Shown in pieces: positions 25,581 through 39,590 of a DNA stretch of 64,000 nt (position 1 is the first letter of the stretch; each line of letters begins with the position of its first letter). A model generated the notes under the pieces. The model was not told the origin of the DNA and searched no databases. It saw nothing but the letters and a program-made list of their open reading frames with translations. The position numbers and the translations under genes are program-made. Source of the DNA: Mobula hypostoma (taxonomy: Eukaryota); contig NC_086097.1 in NCBI RefSeq assembly GCF_963921235.1, positions 175,400,001 through 175,464,000 on the forward strand. Direction: 5' to 3'.

Positions 25581-26330
25581 GTGTCTCTAATATTAAAGTA
25601 ATGATATGGAAATATAAAATCCCCAGACCTTTTTTCCCTCTCCTGGTGATTTCATGTTTCATTCATCGCTTACCTGCACCACCCTGACAGGCCTTCTATC
25701 ATTCCCCAGTCTTCCCCACCCTCTCCCAGATAGCACCACCCACCTCCCAGATAGCTGTGCTATCCTGGTTCCCATCCTCTCTCCTTACACTTATAAAATG
25801 CTTTCACTTCAAACTTTTCCTCGGTCCAATAAAAGATTATCAGCTTGAAACAGTCATTCTATTTCTCTCTCCACAGATGCTGCCAGACTTGCTGAGTATT
25901 TTTGGCATGTTTCTGTTTTTATTTCTAAAATAATTCAGAATAATACCACCATCTCATTTCCTTTACTTAAAATAACATCTTTTATTCCGACCTACCTTTA
26001 ACATACTTCTTGGAAACTTTGGCCACTGTTTTGGCAAACTATGGACATGTTATGCCATTAAAGGTTGCAGTTGAATCCAGTTCTCAGTGATACTTGGTTC
26101 GAAGCCACCAGGATGCGTCCTTGGGAAGCTGTTGATGCCAATGAACCTGGTACTCTGGGATACTTTGCACCCATTTACTGCACTTGTAACAGGCATACAC
26201 AGGCCAAGGTGCACTGATTTCAACTTCATAATTCCAACAGCAATGTGAATTTTGTAGATATTCACTGGTCAAAGGTACTGTATCACTGCCAATGAAATAC
26301 TTATTGCCCAACCAGAATTGCCCTCGAGAA

Positions 26331-29300
26331 CGCAGTGGCATTTAATATTTCAGTAATACTTGTGTAATATTATAAATATATAGTTAGATTAAGCATCCTT
26401 TGTTTATTTACATAATTCATTAAAAGAAAGGGGAAAAACTAATATTCTGGTTCCTATGAGTTTTGGATTAGTTTCTGGAATTACAAAGCAACAGTGGTGA
26501 GGAAGAAGTTTTAAAATGAACCAAGATGACTACCTACCTGTAGAAGTGTAGCACATTTTTCTCCAGAAGGGGAGGGAAACGTTTGAGTTTAATAAAAGGC
26601 AGAAAAAGGACGAAATTAACAAGCAGCAAATACAGCCAGAAGTTCATAAACAGTGAGTACCAGGTGATAATCATAAATGCAAAAAAAAAGCAGAAATGGA
26701 TGGCTACATGGGAAAGATAGATGTGTTCAATTGCACAACAGATAACTGGATGATGTATACTGAACAAATTGAGCCGTATTTTGAAGCAAATTAAATAGTC
26801 AATGAAAAACGAATGCAGTGCAGCTGAGTGCAATGGGTAGAAGAGCATATAGTTTGCTTAAAAGTTTAACTGCTCTAACCAAACCAACTGAAATGAACTT
26901 TCCTGATATTGTGAAAGTAATGCAGGAACATTTAGAACTGAAACCATTGCTGATTGCGGAATGGTTTAGGATGCATAAGTGGAATCAAATGGAAGGGGTG
27001 TCCATTTAAGCTTACATAGCTGAATTGAAGAAATTGTCTAAGCATTGTTAGTTCAGTGATGGGCTTAATAATGCACTGAGAGATCATTTAGCTTGTGGAG
27101 TCTTACAAGAAAGCATTCAAAAATGGCTCCTAACTGAAACCACTCGCATATAAAGGTGCAGTTGAAATCATTATATCAATGCAACCAGCAGGCAGAGATG
27201 CAATTGACATAGGACTGGGTAATAACAATGTGAAAACTAACAATAGACAAGCAACCTGGCTTACACCAGCATGAATGGCAAATTAATTAAAATGAAATTG
27301 GACACTGGCTCATTCGTTTCAGTCATTCCACAAAATGAGTTTGAATGGTATTTCAAAGATATTGAACTGAACCCGCAGATATCCAACTACAAACTTACTG
27401 TGGAGAAAAGGTAACTCCTGTGGGAATGCCATTCATAACAGTGAAATGCAACAACCAACAAGCCACATTGGGCTTGTATATGGTAAAAACAAAAGAGCCA
27501 GCATTGTAGTGCTGTAATCGGCTGAGATAAGTACAACTTGATTGGAGATCCATCCACCAGTTGCATGCCACATCCCCTGCAATAGAATCAACTGGAAGTG
27601 AATTAGGAAAGGTAATGGATGATGCCACAGCAGTGTTCAAGGATGGCATCAGAAAACTCAAACATATCAAGGGTAAAGTATTGTTAAATGGAAATGTCAC
27701 ACCCAAGCTTTACAAAGTCCACCCATTTTCATATATAATCCGTGATAAAGTAGCCAGTGAGTTAGATCATATAGAGGCTGAAGGAATTCTTCCACGGTTG
27801 AGTGGAGCCCATCGGCAACACCAGTGGTCCCAGTAGCCAAGAAAAATGAGTTTACAGGATCTGTGGTGATTTTAAGGTCACCATCCCAGTACTGAAAGTG
27901 GATTAACACCCTCTGCCCAGGATAGAGGACATCTTTGCAAACTTTTCTGGAGGAAAACACTTCAGCAAAGTGGAATTAGTTGAGGCCTTCTTGCAGATAG
28001 AGATGGAAGAAGAGTTCAAAGTGTTTCTCAGCACAAACATTCACAGAGGGCTTTGGTGCTATAATAGGCTTATTGTTGGAGTAGCATCTTCACCTACACT
28101 CTGGCAGAAGGCTATGGACCAGGTGCTACAAGGCTGCACAGGCATTCAGTGTTACCTGGATGACATCATTGTTACATAACATCCTCTATCCTCATCCTAG
28201 GATGATAAGGAACATCTTCAAAATCTGAAGATAATGTTAATGAGATTAGAAGAATATGGGCTCATAGCATGACAGGACAAGTGTGAATTCTTTGAATCAA
28301 ACATCATTGATGCACAAGCGTGTTAGGAATATCCAAGCAGTGGTGGATGCCCCAAGGCCAAAAGACATGCCACAGTTGCAGTCCTTTTAGGATTTGTCAA
28401 TTATTAGAGCAGGTTCCAACTGTGCTCCACCCCTTAAACTCATGACTATAGATTGGGAAGAAATGGCAATGGACAAATCAGTGTGAGGTGGTTTCCCAAA
28501 AGGCAAAGGATAAGGTGATGTCAGACACTGTACTCACACACTATGATCAACAGCATTCAATAAAGCTTGACTGTGACACCTTGCATTATGGTATAGCTGC
28601 AGTCTTGTCACATGCTCTGAGTGATGGAAGTGAACGCCCCGTAGCCTTTGCATCACGTTCCTTTATCTCAGAGAAAAATGATGCACAGATTGAAAGAGAG
28701 GTTTTAAGCCTGGTTTGAGTTTTAAAACATTTCAACCAGTACCTGTATGGTAGAGAGTTAGCCTTCATTACTGATCATTAACCAGCAGTGTCCATTTTCA
28801 ACCCACAGAAGGCTGTTCCACTAACGGAAACAGCATGAATGCAGAGACGGACTCTGTTTCTTAGAGGACACAATTGCAAGATCGAATTCAAGAGTACAAA
28901 TAATCATGGAACTGCCAATGAATTGTCCCATTTACCCTTGGAAAAGGAAATACTCAAAAAATTTACAAGGGAGGGCACTCCTCTTGACGTATTCTCCAAT
29001 GCAAATCGGAAGTCTCCTTAATACGGCAGAGCTAATCCAAAGGGAAACAAGAAAAGACCCCACACTCTCTCAGGTCTACATGGCCACCCAAAATGACTGG
29101 AATACGCAGCAGAAATTCCAGTTTCCCCATCTTTACCAGTACTGAGATGAACTTACCCTTGACAGGTGTTGCCTTCTGTGGGGATTGAGAGTTGTTGTAC
29201 CATACAAACTGAGGCCAAAAATGTTAGAGGAGCTCCATGCCAGTCATCTAGGCTGGTGCTCAAAGCTTTGTCTGGTGGCCTGGGATAGATCAGCAGATCA

Positions 29301-31202
29301 AGCAGCTTGCCATGTATTGTTTGGGATGCGAACACATCCAGAAGATGCCAAGAGCACCACTTCTCCATCCCAGCAAATGGCCTGCATTGCCCTGGCATAG
29401 GATTCATGTGTATTTTGCCGGCCTATTCATGGATGCAAATTTTTTGATAGTAGTGGATGCAGCTACAAAGTGGCCAGAAGTGTTCCCGATAACCTCCACT
29501 ACAGCCTCACACACTGATGATCTGTTGAGAAGCCTCTTCACAAGGACTGGAGTTCCAGAACACTTAGTCAGTGATAATGGACCACAGTTTGTTGTCAAAT
29601 AGTTTCAGTCATTCCAGAAAGTGAATGGAATAAGACTTACTACATCTGCACTGTACCATCCAGCTATAATTAGCTTGGCAGAAAAGTTTGTGCAGAGTCT
29701 AAAGAACATACAGTGTGCAATGTCAGCAGAACACACTAGACTGACACTGAATCAGAAGCTCGCAAACTTCCTCTTTGCAGCACACTCCACAATCAACAGC
29801 TTCCCAGTGGCCAAACATTCCCATTCCTGTTCTGATGTGTCAGTCTTAGGCCTCCTCTTGTGCTAAGAGGAGGCCACCCTCAGGGTGGGGGAGCTGCACC
29901 TAATGTTCCAGCTGGGTAGCCTCCAACCTGACGTCATGAATATCAATTTCTCCTTCTGGTAAACTAATTCACCCCTCCCCTTCCTCTTTTCCCCTCTCTG
30001 ACCCTTTACCTCTTCTCACATGCCTATCTCCTTCCTCCATGGATCCTTTCTTCCTTCCCTTTCCCCTCTGGTCCACTCTCCTCTCCTATCATGTTCCTTC
30101 TTCTCCAGACTTTGACCTTTCCCTCTCACCTGGCTTCACCTATCACCTTCCAGCTAACTTCCTTCCCCTCCGTCCACCTTTTTATTCTGGCATCATTCCA
30201 CTTCCTTCTCAGTCCTGAAGAAGGGTCTCAGCACGAATTATTGACTGTTTATTCATTTCCATAGACGATGCCTAACCTGCTGAGTTCCTCCAGCATTTTT
30301 TGTGTGTTGCTTTGGATTTCAAGCATCTGCAGACGTTCTTGTGTTCATGATTTACTCACCAGCTATGCTACTCCTGGGTAGTCCCTTGCGCTCATGCTTG
30401 GATCTCCTCAAACCCAATCTCCGAAGGAGTATGCAGGACAAACAGCTGAGACAATTGAAAGCTCGTCAAACAAGGAGTTTTGGAGTTTCACTCCTGGACA
30501 TGGAGTCCTGGTGAGCGACTACAGAGATGGTCAAAAGTGGGTATTCAGAGAGATTAAGGACAGGACTGGACCACTCTCCAGCAGAGATTGCATTTGATGT
30601 CATCCGGGGATGACACATTGATCAGTTGAGGAGAGTAGAGTCAATTGTTAGAGAAGAATTGTGTTCGGAGCTGTCAGAACCACTTCCTATGGTCCCAGAG
30701 TCAGCTCCTACAACCACCACAGAGGAGGCTGCAATGCCTGAGATTGTTTCACTGCCACAAGCCTCACCTGCCAAGCAGATTGATCCCCTCCGCCTTGTCA
30801 GAAAATTTCTTATATAAGAGTAAGAAATCTTCTAGAGTGATTAAATCTTTAGGCCTGAACAGGATAATTTAAAATTTACTATGCTGTGGCTGTCTATATA
30901 CTGTCGTAGATGTATATATAAGATGACTAGAGAGCGATACCGTATATACTTGAGTGGAGATGCATTCTATATTGAGTTGGACTTTAGAGCTAAGCAGGGA
31001 GGGGTGTTGTGTATTTAATATTTGAGTAATATTGAGCATTCTTTGTTTACATAATTCATTCTGGGTTATGTAAGAAGTACATGAATAGCATGCGTAATTA
31101 CACCACCACATCATATGTGAGTGCCTCACTAAAAGATGTAGACCTGTATCCTGGTTGCCGTGTTTTTCCTTTGATCAGTTTATGGAGTTACTACACATAA
31201 CA
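26331..31202 (+). mobile_element. Gypsy LTR retrotransposon, full span but decayed
   Basis: 5' LTR about 26331-26493, PBS-like tggtgaggaag, gag (HLELKPLLIAEWFRMHK), RT CYLDD, RNase H ERPVAFASRS, integrase VSDNGPQF, PPT agcagggagggg, 3' LTR 31005-31202; TSD gagaa/gggaa; PLE fragment nested at about 29805-30350. Confidence 0.9.
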
Positions 31203-33007
31203 GGGAAGGAGGTGCAAACCACCACCGTAAACCACTGCAGTTCATCTGGTGAAGGTGCTCCCATGGTTGTTGGCCAGGGAGCAGCAGGATTTAGATCCAC
31301 CAATGATAAAGGAACTTGTCCTCTACAATTCCGAGGATCCAGAGTTACAGATCATTCAGAGTTCATTGGCCCCTCAGAACACTAATGAACCCGGGTGGAT
31401 TATGCGGCAATCTGTAATATAGATATTACTTCTATCATTTATATTCCTCAGACTGATTATATATTTCACTTTTATTCAACAGACTAAATATAAATGTCCC
31501 CCCACACACAATTTAAACTCAAGTGAGGACCTGTTCAGTTTTTATTTCCCCAGGGAAAGGGAATCAAAAACTAGAGGGCATAGGTTTTGGGTTAGAGGTG
31601 CAAGATTTAAAAGGGGCCTAAGTATATGGAATGAGTTCCTAAGAGGAAGTGGTTGAGGCACTAACAATATTTAAAAGGCACTTGGACAAGTACATTGATA
31701 AGACAAGTATAGGGGGCTAGAGGTCAAATGCAAAATGAGACTATCTCAGATGGGCATTTTGGTCAACAGGGACAAATTGGGCCTGTTTCTTTATGACTCT
31801 ATGGCTATCTATATCCCTTCCCCATTAGCAACACACCCTTCTACCTCTTTTGTGTCATCAGCAAAACAGGATACCTATCACCCTGTCCCATGCTCCAGGT
31901 CATATATATAAATAGAAGATAGCCAATAAAGCCTGCAAATAGCCTCAGTAAAGCAGCCAGCATCATCAAATAACCCACACACTCCTGACATTTTCTCTTC
32001 TCCCCTCTCACATAGGCAGAAGATACAAAAACCTGATAGCTTCTAACCCACTGTTATCAAACTCTTGAATGGACCTCTAAGATGGACTATTGATGTCACA
32101 AACGACTTCTTCAGGGTCTAAACTTCATCTTTTACCTGCATTGTACCTTTTTCAGTAACATTTACACATTATTCTGCATTGTTATTGTTTTACCCTATTC
32201 TTGCTCAATGCACTGTGTAATGATCTAATCTGTAAGATCAGTGTGCAAAACAAGCTTGCTTTTTGCCATTTGTGCAACTTGTTCATTCTTATTGCACCAT
32301 GGGTGTTGTTTCCTTTGACCGGGTTCTATGGTGTTTACTTGTTTCTTTGTTTCCGGGCTGCTTGCGGAAGGACGAACCTCAGAATTGTATTCTGCATACA
32401 TACTTTGATAATAAAGGTACTCTGAAACTTTGAATCTTAATAAACCGATAACAAAACCAAATAATTGAGGGTCAAAATCCAACCCTGGGACACAGTACAG
32501 TGAATTTTACTTCACTGAAACAAGATACAAAACTCATTAGTGTCAAAGGTTCAACTCCTCTCAGCTCTTCCTGCTTTACGCCTCTGCCGAATCTGAAGGG
32601 TAAATTCGGGACGTGCACCAGAGGCAAAAATTCCAGGCTTTAGCTCTCAGTAGAGGAGGTACAGATCCCCTGAATTCCGGGGAACAGAGGAGAACGGGCA
32701 GCTCTTCGTGGATTTGGGGGTAATATTTATTCCCCAACCAACTTCGCTGAAACAGCTGATCCTGCCAGTTTTGTTTTGATAGCTCTTCCACCAAATATTA
32801 CGCCTGACCCCAGCGACAAAAATACTTGGCAGGCTGATGGGACCTTCTGCAGGAGGGAGGGACAGGCGCTATAGCAAGGGCAGATGAGTTCATTCCCCTT
32901 CCCTATTCTCAAACCCCCAGCTACTGAACTTTTTCTCTTACACTGACTTGGATCTCCAAGAGGAGATCTTGGAGAAAACCAGGGAGAGTTTTGGTGATGC
33001 CACTCAC

Positions 33008-33123
33008 ACGTGTCCGCACTGGGTCCGCACCGGTCTCTCCAGGACTTGTAAGCACACGGGGCATTCGAATTCCTCTGATCCCTGCGGAGCTGGGCTGTCG
33101 CCGTGGTTTTGCCGGCTCGCCAT
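33008..33123 (-). CDS. RNF125: RING-UIM E3 ubiquitin ligase (RNF125-like; RNF114/125/138/166 family), coding exon 1
   Basis: ATG at 33123; reads MASRQNHGDSPAPQGSEEFECPVCLQVLERPVRTQCGH(V), the first half of a C3HC4 RING; donor GT|GTGAGT at 33008/33007, phase 2. The symbol is tentative because RNF138/114/166 are close paralogues. Confidence 0.92.
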
Positions 33124-33154
33124 CCAGACGCACTGGCTCGATGACAAGGAAGAA

Positions 33155-33246
33155 GTAAAGCGAAAGTGGAACAGCGGCAGTCTATTTCAACGCACCGGAG
33201 GGGAATCCCATTTATGTTTTTCTTCTGGTAAAGGAGAGTGACGTCG
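33155..33246 (-). promoter_or_regulatory. Putative proximal promoter with IRF/ISRE-like, NF-kB and CRE-like motifs
   Basis: gtaaagcgaaagtg (33155-33168), ggggaatccc (33200-33209) and tgacgtcg (33239-33246), in a CpG-rich stretch 30-125 nt upstream of the ATG. Confidence 0.5.
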
Positions 33247-36200
33247 GTCTAACCCTTGCCAACACCCTGTTCTCAGCTCACAGCCAACAGAAGCGTCCAA
33301 AGCATCCGTTCTGGCCGGACCGCCCTGTTACAATCTAATTCTGATACAATCGGATGGAAGGTTCCGCCTTGATACAAAAGCCACAACTTCTGCGCCCAGA
33401 TGATAACCGACCTGCTGTTTCCAACATTTTAGGTGCTTATTTATTGAAAAAGCTGGAGGATCTCAGCGGGTCAGGTCAGTCAGCATCAGTGGGACCGCCA
33501 ATTTCCTTCCGCTAATGCTGCCTGACCCGCTGAGTTTCTCCAGCAGATTGTTCTTCAAGTTTATTGACACAGGCATAAATACGCAGGGTATAAATGCCAT
33601 GAAAATTAGCTTTATGCAGCAGCAGCGTAGACCTATATGAACTTAAATTACATAAATTACATGACAAAATAAGTAAAAATAAGCATGAATATAAATTGAG
33701 CCCAAGGTAGAATTCGAGTTTTTCATGCGGGTTTAAGAACTTAATGGCATTGGGGAAGAAACTGTTGTTGGACCTTGAGGTGTGGGTCTTCAGGCTCCTG
33801 AAGCAGCAGTGAGTCTGAAGCCTTCTATGCCTTGATGATTCAAGTGGTCCCTACAATAGAGTCTTTTAAGAGACTCTTAGATAGGTACATGGAGCTTACA
33901 AAAATAGAGGGCTATGCGGTAGGGAAATTCTAGCATGGGTTATATGGTCGGCATAACATTGTGGGCCGAAGGGCTTGTAATGTGCTGTAAATTTCTATGA
34001 TTCTATGAATGGCAAGTTGATGCTGGAGTGTGGCAACTCTCTGCGAGCTGTTTTCATAACATCTTTTTTAATCATTCCACCTGTCTCAATCTAAATTCGA
34101 TGAGTTTAAGAATTACTAACAATATTCCTTTGATCTGTTTACAGGTCGAGTGGTTGTAAGAACTCCTGGGGTGACTTAACCAACAGTTGCCTGCACTGCC
34201 CATCCTTTGTAACCGCAACGCGTTATTATGCATCCTGTTATTGCTCAGCAATGAACCAATAGCAATGAGATATGACCTGAGTCTTGCCTGTCCTTGTCTC
34301 TGCCGCGAAGGCGGAACCAGTAAGTCCTGTGAGGCCACGGATTTTGATTCAATCTCCAGAACCGCCGATGTTGTCACCTTCGCTCAATGGCTGGAAAACA
34401 ATTTGCGATGGGATCTACAAACAATCTGCTGGAGGAAATCAGCGGGTTGAGCAGCATCTGTAGAAGGAAAGGAATCATTCACATTTCAGGCCGAAACCCT
34501 GCATTGGGACTGCAATCTCTTGTCTTTCCTCGGGATGAGATCTGTAGACCGTTACATTGTCCACATATTTACGAGAATTTTTCCTCTCAGCACTGCATGT
34601 TAGTTTAAAATTGGGAGCAACAAAAATCATTTTTTTAAATGCTGTGAGAGCATTTATCTTCCTCCAGTTTATCAGGCAGTGTGTCCCAGGTTCCAAGCAT
34701 CCCTCTGGCTGAGAAAGATCCACCTCAGTTCTCCATTCAGCCACTGAGCGAAGACGGAATGCACCCTGTCCCTCAGCCCGGCAGTCAAAGTCAAAGTTCA
34801 ATTTATTATCGGATTACACACACGTCACCACATACAACCCTGAGGTTCTTCTTCCACTCAAAGGCAATGGTGTTCCCGTACAAGGGCAAAATGCAGCCAG
34901 TCACCACATTTACATTCTCTACCATACATCTATAAAAATTTGTCAATGTTTTGATGACATGCCGAATCTCCACAGGCTCCTGAGGACTCGTGCTTTCTTT
35001 GCAATTACATTTATATGATGAGTCCAGGACAGGGCATCTGAGATAGTAACGCCCAGGAATTTAAAGTTAGTGACCCTCTCCACTTCTGATTCTCCGATGC
35101 TTACTGGATCATGGACCTCTGGTTTCCCTCTCCTGAAGTCCACAATCAGTTCCTTGTTATTGATGGTATTGAGTGAGAGGTTCTTATATTACACCACTCA
35201 GCCAAATTTTCCCCTTGACCGCAGACATCACCACAAACGTCGCCACAAACAAGAATGAGTTTTCCAAGCTGGGAGCTTCATCTTGATCAAACAAATGAGA
35301 TAACCAGGAACATTATCACTGGGAGAAAACAACTGCTGGAGATCTGGGTGGGTTACTTACCTTTCTGACATATTTTTTAAAAGAAAATTCAGATGTTTAA
35401 ACCAGAATGAGAAAACTGGATAACAGCTTGTTATGGCAACTGCTCTGTCCAAACTGTGACCACAGCACAGTCCATCACAGAAACCAGTTTCCCCTCTATG
35501 GATTCTTTCTATAATCTCTGCCATCAGGCAGAAGATAGAAGGACTTGAAAGCACGGACTCAAAGCCAGTTTCTATACTGCTGTTGAATGGACCTCTTGAA
35601 GGTAAAAAGTGAACTCGTGATCTCCCAACTAATCTCCTCATGTCCATGTACTTTATTTGTCTACGTGAACTGCTCCTTTACTCCACAGGTGAAACACTAT
35701 TGTTGCACTGCAAAACTGCCTTCTGTTTTTCTTGCTACCTCAATGTACTTATGTATGGCATGATCTGTATGGAAGTTTTCACTGTATCTTGGTACATAGG
35801 ACAATAACGAACAAATTGGATTATAACAGGGTGGGTCTGGTCAGAGCATCTGCTTCTCTGAGACTCTGGTCAAAACTGATATCCAGCACAGAAATGATCC
35901 TTTCAGTACACCCAGGCCATGCCCAAGTTCTGCTTCTGGATTATGCAACACTGGGTAACAACTTCTCCAATGGGATTCGACCACTGAGCATATCTCCCTG
36001 CCGGTAACAAAGAGGACAGAAATCAGAATAAAAGGGAAAGTGGAGGAACATAACCTGGCAGGTGATATCTGAGTCCAGGGGAGGGGGAAGGTGAGTAGGT
36101 AGGTGGGAGGGGGTTTGAAAGTGAATGATGTAAGAAACTAGGTTATAGAAACATAGAAAACCTACACCACAATACAGGCCCTTCAGCCCATAATGCTATG

Positions 36201-37029
36201 CTGAACATGCACTTACTTTAGAAATTACCTAGGGTTACCCATGGCCCTCTATTTTTCTAAGCTCCATGTACCTATCCCAGAGTCTCTTAAAAGACCCTAT
36301 CGTATCCACCTCTACCACCGTCGCCAGCAGCCCATTCCACGCACTCACCACTCTCTGCGTAAAAAACTTAACCTGATATCTCCTCTGAACCTCCTTCCAA
36401 GCACTTTAAAACTTCATCCTCTCAGGTGGATAGGTGGAAGAGGTAAAGGTCCAAAGAAGAAGGAATCTGATAGGAGAGGACAAAGGACCATGGAATAAAG
36501 GGAAGGAAGTGGGGAAACAGAAGGAGGTGGTGGGCAGGTCATTAGTTGTGAGGAAATGTGATCCCCATCCAATACATCATTTTCCATTATCTATAACAGG
36601 GTCTCACTACCAGGCATATCTTTTCCTTCCCTTAATTTTCCCCACTCCTCCACCACGTTCTGCAGGGATCACTCTCTTTGTAACTCCCTTGTCCACATCC
36701 CTCCCACTGATCTCCCCCCCTCCTTTTTTATTGCTATTTTTATTGCTCAGTTGATCAGGGCAGACTTCAGTCAACGAACAACACAGTGCTAAATTGAACT
36801 GAACTGAACTTAACTGAACATTCCTAGATTGTTTCAAGGACGCTATGGTTTGATGTTTAATATTCTGTGTTATTTGCTCGTTTTTGCCATTTGTGTAATT
36901 TGTTCTTTTTTTCGTGCAATGGTGTTTGATGTTTTCTTTGAACGGGTTCCATGGTGTTTCTTTGTTTCATCTGTGGGAAGACAAATCTTAGGGTTGGATA
37001 CTGCATACATATCTTGATAATAAATGAAC

Positions 37030-37690
37030 TTTGAAGTGACACTTCATCTGTGAGTCCGTCAGGGTCATCTATCGTATCCAGTGCTACCAGTGCAACCTCC
37101 TATACATTGGTGAGACTCGACATAGATTGTGGGCCCACATTTTGAGCACCTTTTGCTTTGTCTGCTGCAGAAGGTGGCCACCCATTTCATTTCAACTTCC
37201 CATTCCCATTCTGACATGTCTGTCCATGGCCTCCTCCGCTGCCACGATGAGGTCAAACTCAGGTCGGGGAAGAAGCACCTCATATTCCCTCTGGATAGTC
37301 TCCAACCTGATGCCATGAACATCGATTTTTCTAACTTCTGGTAATTACCCTCCTCTCCCCTCTTCTCTCTTTATCCATTGTCCATTCTGGTCGCCATCGC
37401 ACCCCTTCTCACCTGCCCGTCATGTCGCATCACATCTCTCAGGTTCCCCTCCTGCAACCCGTTCTTCCATGGACAATGTCTTTTTTTCATTTTCAGCCCT
37501 TTACCTCTTCCACCTATCCCCTCCAAGTCCCCCCCCCACTCACCTTCCCCATCACCTGATCTCATCTATCATCTGTCAGCTTGTACTCCTTTCCCTCCTC
37601 TAACCTTCTTATTCTGGCTTCTCTCTCCTTCTTTTTCAGTCCTGATGAAAGGTCTCAGCTGCCACACCTGCTGAGTGCCTCAGGCATCTT
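37030..37690 (+). mobile_element. Penelope-like element 3' fragment, decayed
   Basis: VATHFISTSHSHSDMSVHGL...DSLQPDAMNIDFSNFW, then a pyrimidine-rich UTR and a truncated hammerhead. Confidence 0.8.
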
Positions 37691-39377
37691 GCGTGCTTCT
37701 CAAATGTTCACCCTGTTGACTTCCCCAAGAATGTAGGTGTTGAATTGCACATTATCAACAATCTATTGGAAATTCCTTTGGGGAATGTTCCAACACTGTT
37801 AAGTAAACAATATTTACAAGTGAGAAGCGAACTTAGATCTTTAAATATTCTTATTATTCCCACCGACACACTCTGTTACCTGGTTAATGGTTTGCGTAAG
37901 TCATTGACACCACAGGTCCCCAGCTACATCAACCTAGTTCACACAAACACTCAGAAAAACCACTGGATAAACAGCTGATGCCTGATCTATTCAACATTGA
38001 CAAAAGAGCCACAAGTCCCAAGATCTTAAAACAATGACGTCAGCCAGAGTGGTTGGGAAATTCCACAGAGAGTCTCTAACCATATCTGCAGGAAGCTGCC
38101 AAACCTATCACTGAGCATCATGGACAGATTCCCAGAAGGAACTTTCATATTACAATGCAACTCCAATGATATTGTATCAGACTGTTTGCAAATCCTGATG
38201 GTTTGGTGCTTGGCTCATTGATTCATAGAATTGCACGGAAACAGGCCACTCAGCCCAACTTGACCAGGCCAATCAGTGCGCGCCTTTCTGTGTTAGTCTC
38301 ATCTACCAGCACCAACCCAAACTGGTCTTGCCTGGGGATTTCCCACCTTTAACATCACCAACATGTAGAGCCTCTCCTTTTTATTATGGAGGCGTGCACT
38401 AGAATTCATCTTCCTTTTTCCTCCAACTACAAAGTCTGTTTCCTTTGTGAATACTGATGAAAGGGACATCCTCTTAACACCAAGACGAGGAGGAATTGCT
38501 TCAGCCAAGGGACGGTGAGTCTGTGAAATGAGTTCCTCAGGTGGCTGTGAAGGTCAAGTCATCGGGTGTATTTAAGGCAGAGAGTGATCCTGATTAGTAA
38601 GAGTCGAGGTGGGGTTTAAGGCTTACGGGGAGAAGGCAGGATAATGGGGGGGTTGATAAAAATAAAAATCAACCATGATTGAATGGTGGAGCAAACTTGA
38701 TGGATCAAATGGCTTAATTCTGCTTCAATATCATATGAAATTTTGGAGAAGTATTCCTTTCATACTAACTAAACCTGTGGCTCCATGTACAGATTGCCTA
38801 CCTTGTCACTAATGGACTCTACTTCTTCCCTGGTTATTCCCTTGGTCTCGATAGATTTGCCTTTCGATTGACCTCCATTCTGAATGCCAATGTTTCCTCT
38901 TTGCCTTCTTGCTTTCCTTGTTAATTGCTTCTGTACATTTATTATACTTCTTGATGTCTCCCCCCCCCCGCCATCATTAGTTCCCCACATCTATTGTATG
39001 CTGCCTTTTTTCATCTTTAGGTGGCCCTCAATATCCCTCAACATTCAGTGTTTCTTACACTTGTACCCTTCCAAGGGAAGAAAAATCATCAAAAATCGGG
39101 GAAAAAGCTGAATGATCTGACCGGGTCAGGCAAGCTAAAATATACTAATGACTTAGTTAGAGACAAGGATTTGATTGATCTTAATGGTGTGACAAGCTAT
39201 TATCTTCCACGGGTTATTGAGGGGCAGTGCTCAGTATTTGATAGGTGTAGTGGATAGGAACAGATGTTCCTGCTGTCAGAGCAGCTGACGTTGCAGAGGC
39301 AAAGGTGGGGTTCTGTGCAGAACGAGAGGGAGAGAAAAAATTTCACTGAAAGGATAAACAAAGATAGGCGAAACAGA

Positions 39378-39590
39378 GGGCGGCATTGGTAACATCGCTG
39401 TTAACGTAACGCCAGTGACCTGGGTTCAATTCCACCACTATCTATAAGGAGTTTCCACATTCTTCCTGTGTTGCATAGGTTTCTTCCGGGTACTCCCACA
39501 TTCCAAAGAAGTACAGGTTAGTACGTTAATTGGACATGTGGGTGTAATTGGGAAGCACGGCCTTGTTGTATCTCTAAATAAAGTAAAAAG
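39378..39590 (+). mobile_element. V-SINE-like element
   Basis: gggttcaattcc B-box and gtaaggagttt..attcttcctgtg..ggtttcttccgggtactcc V-domain-like sequence. Confidence 0.65.

Noticed and set aside
26084..26341. Possible extra zinc-finger exon (YACYKCSK..H)
   Set aside because: Exons 1 and 2 already join in frame within the RING; no convincing splice sites, and the region abuts old repeat sequence.
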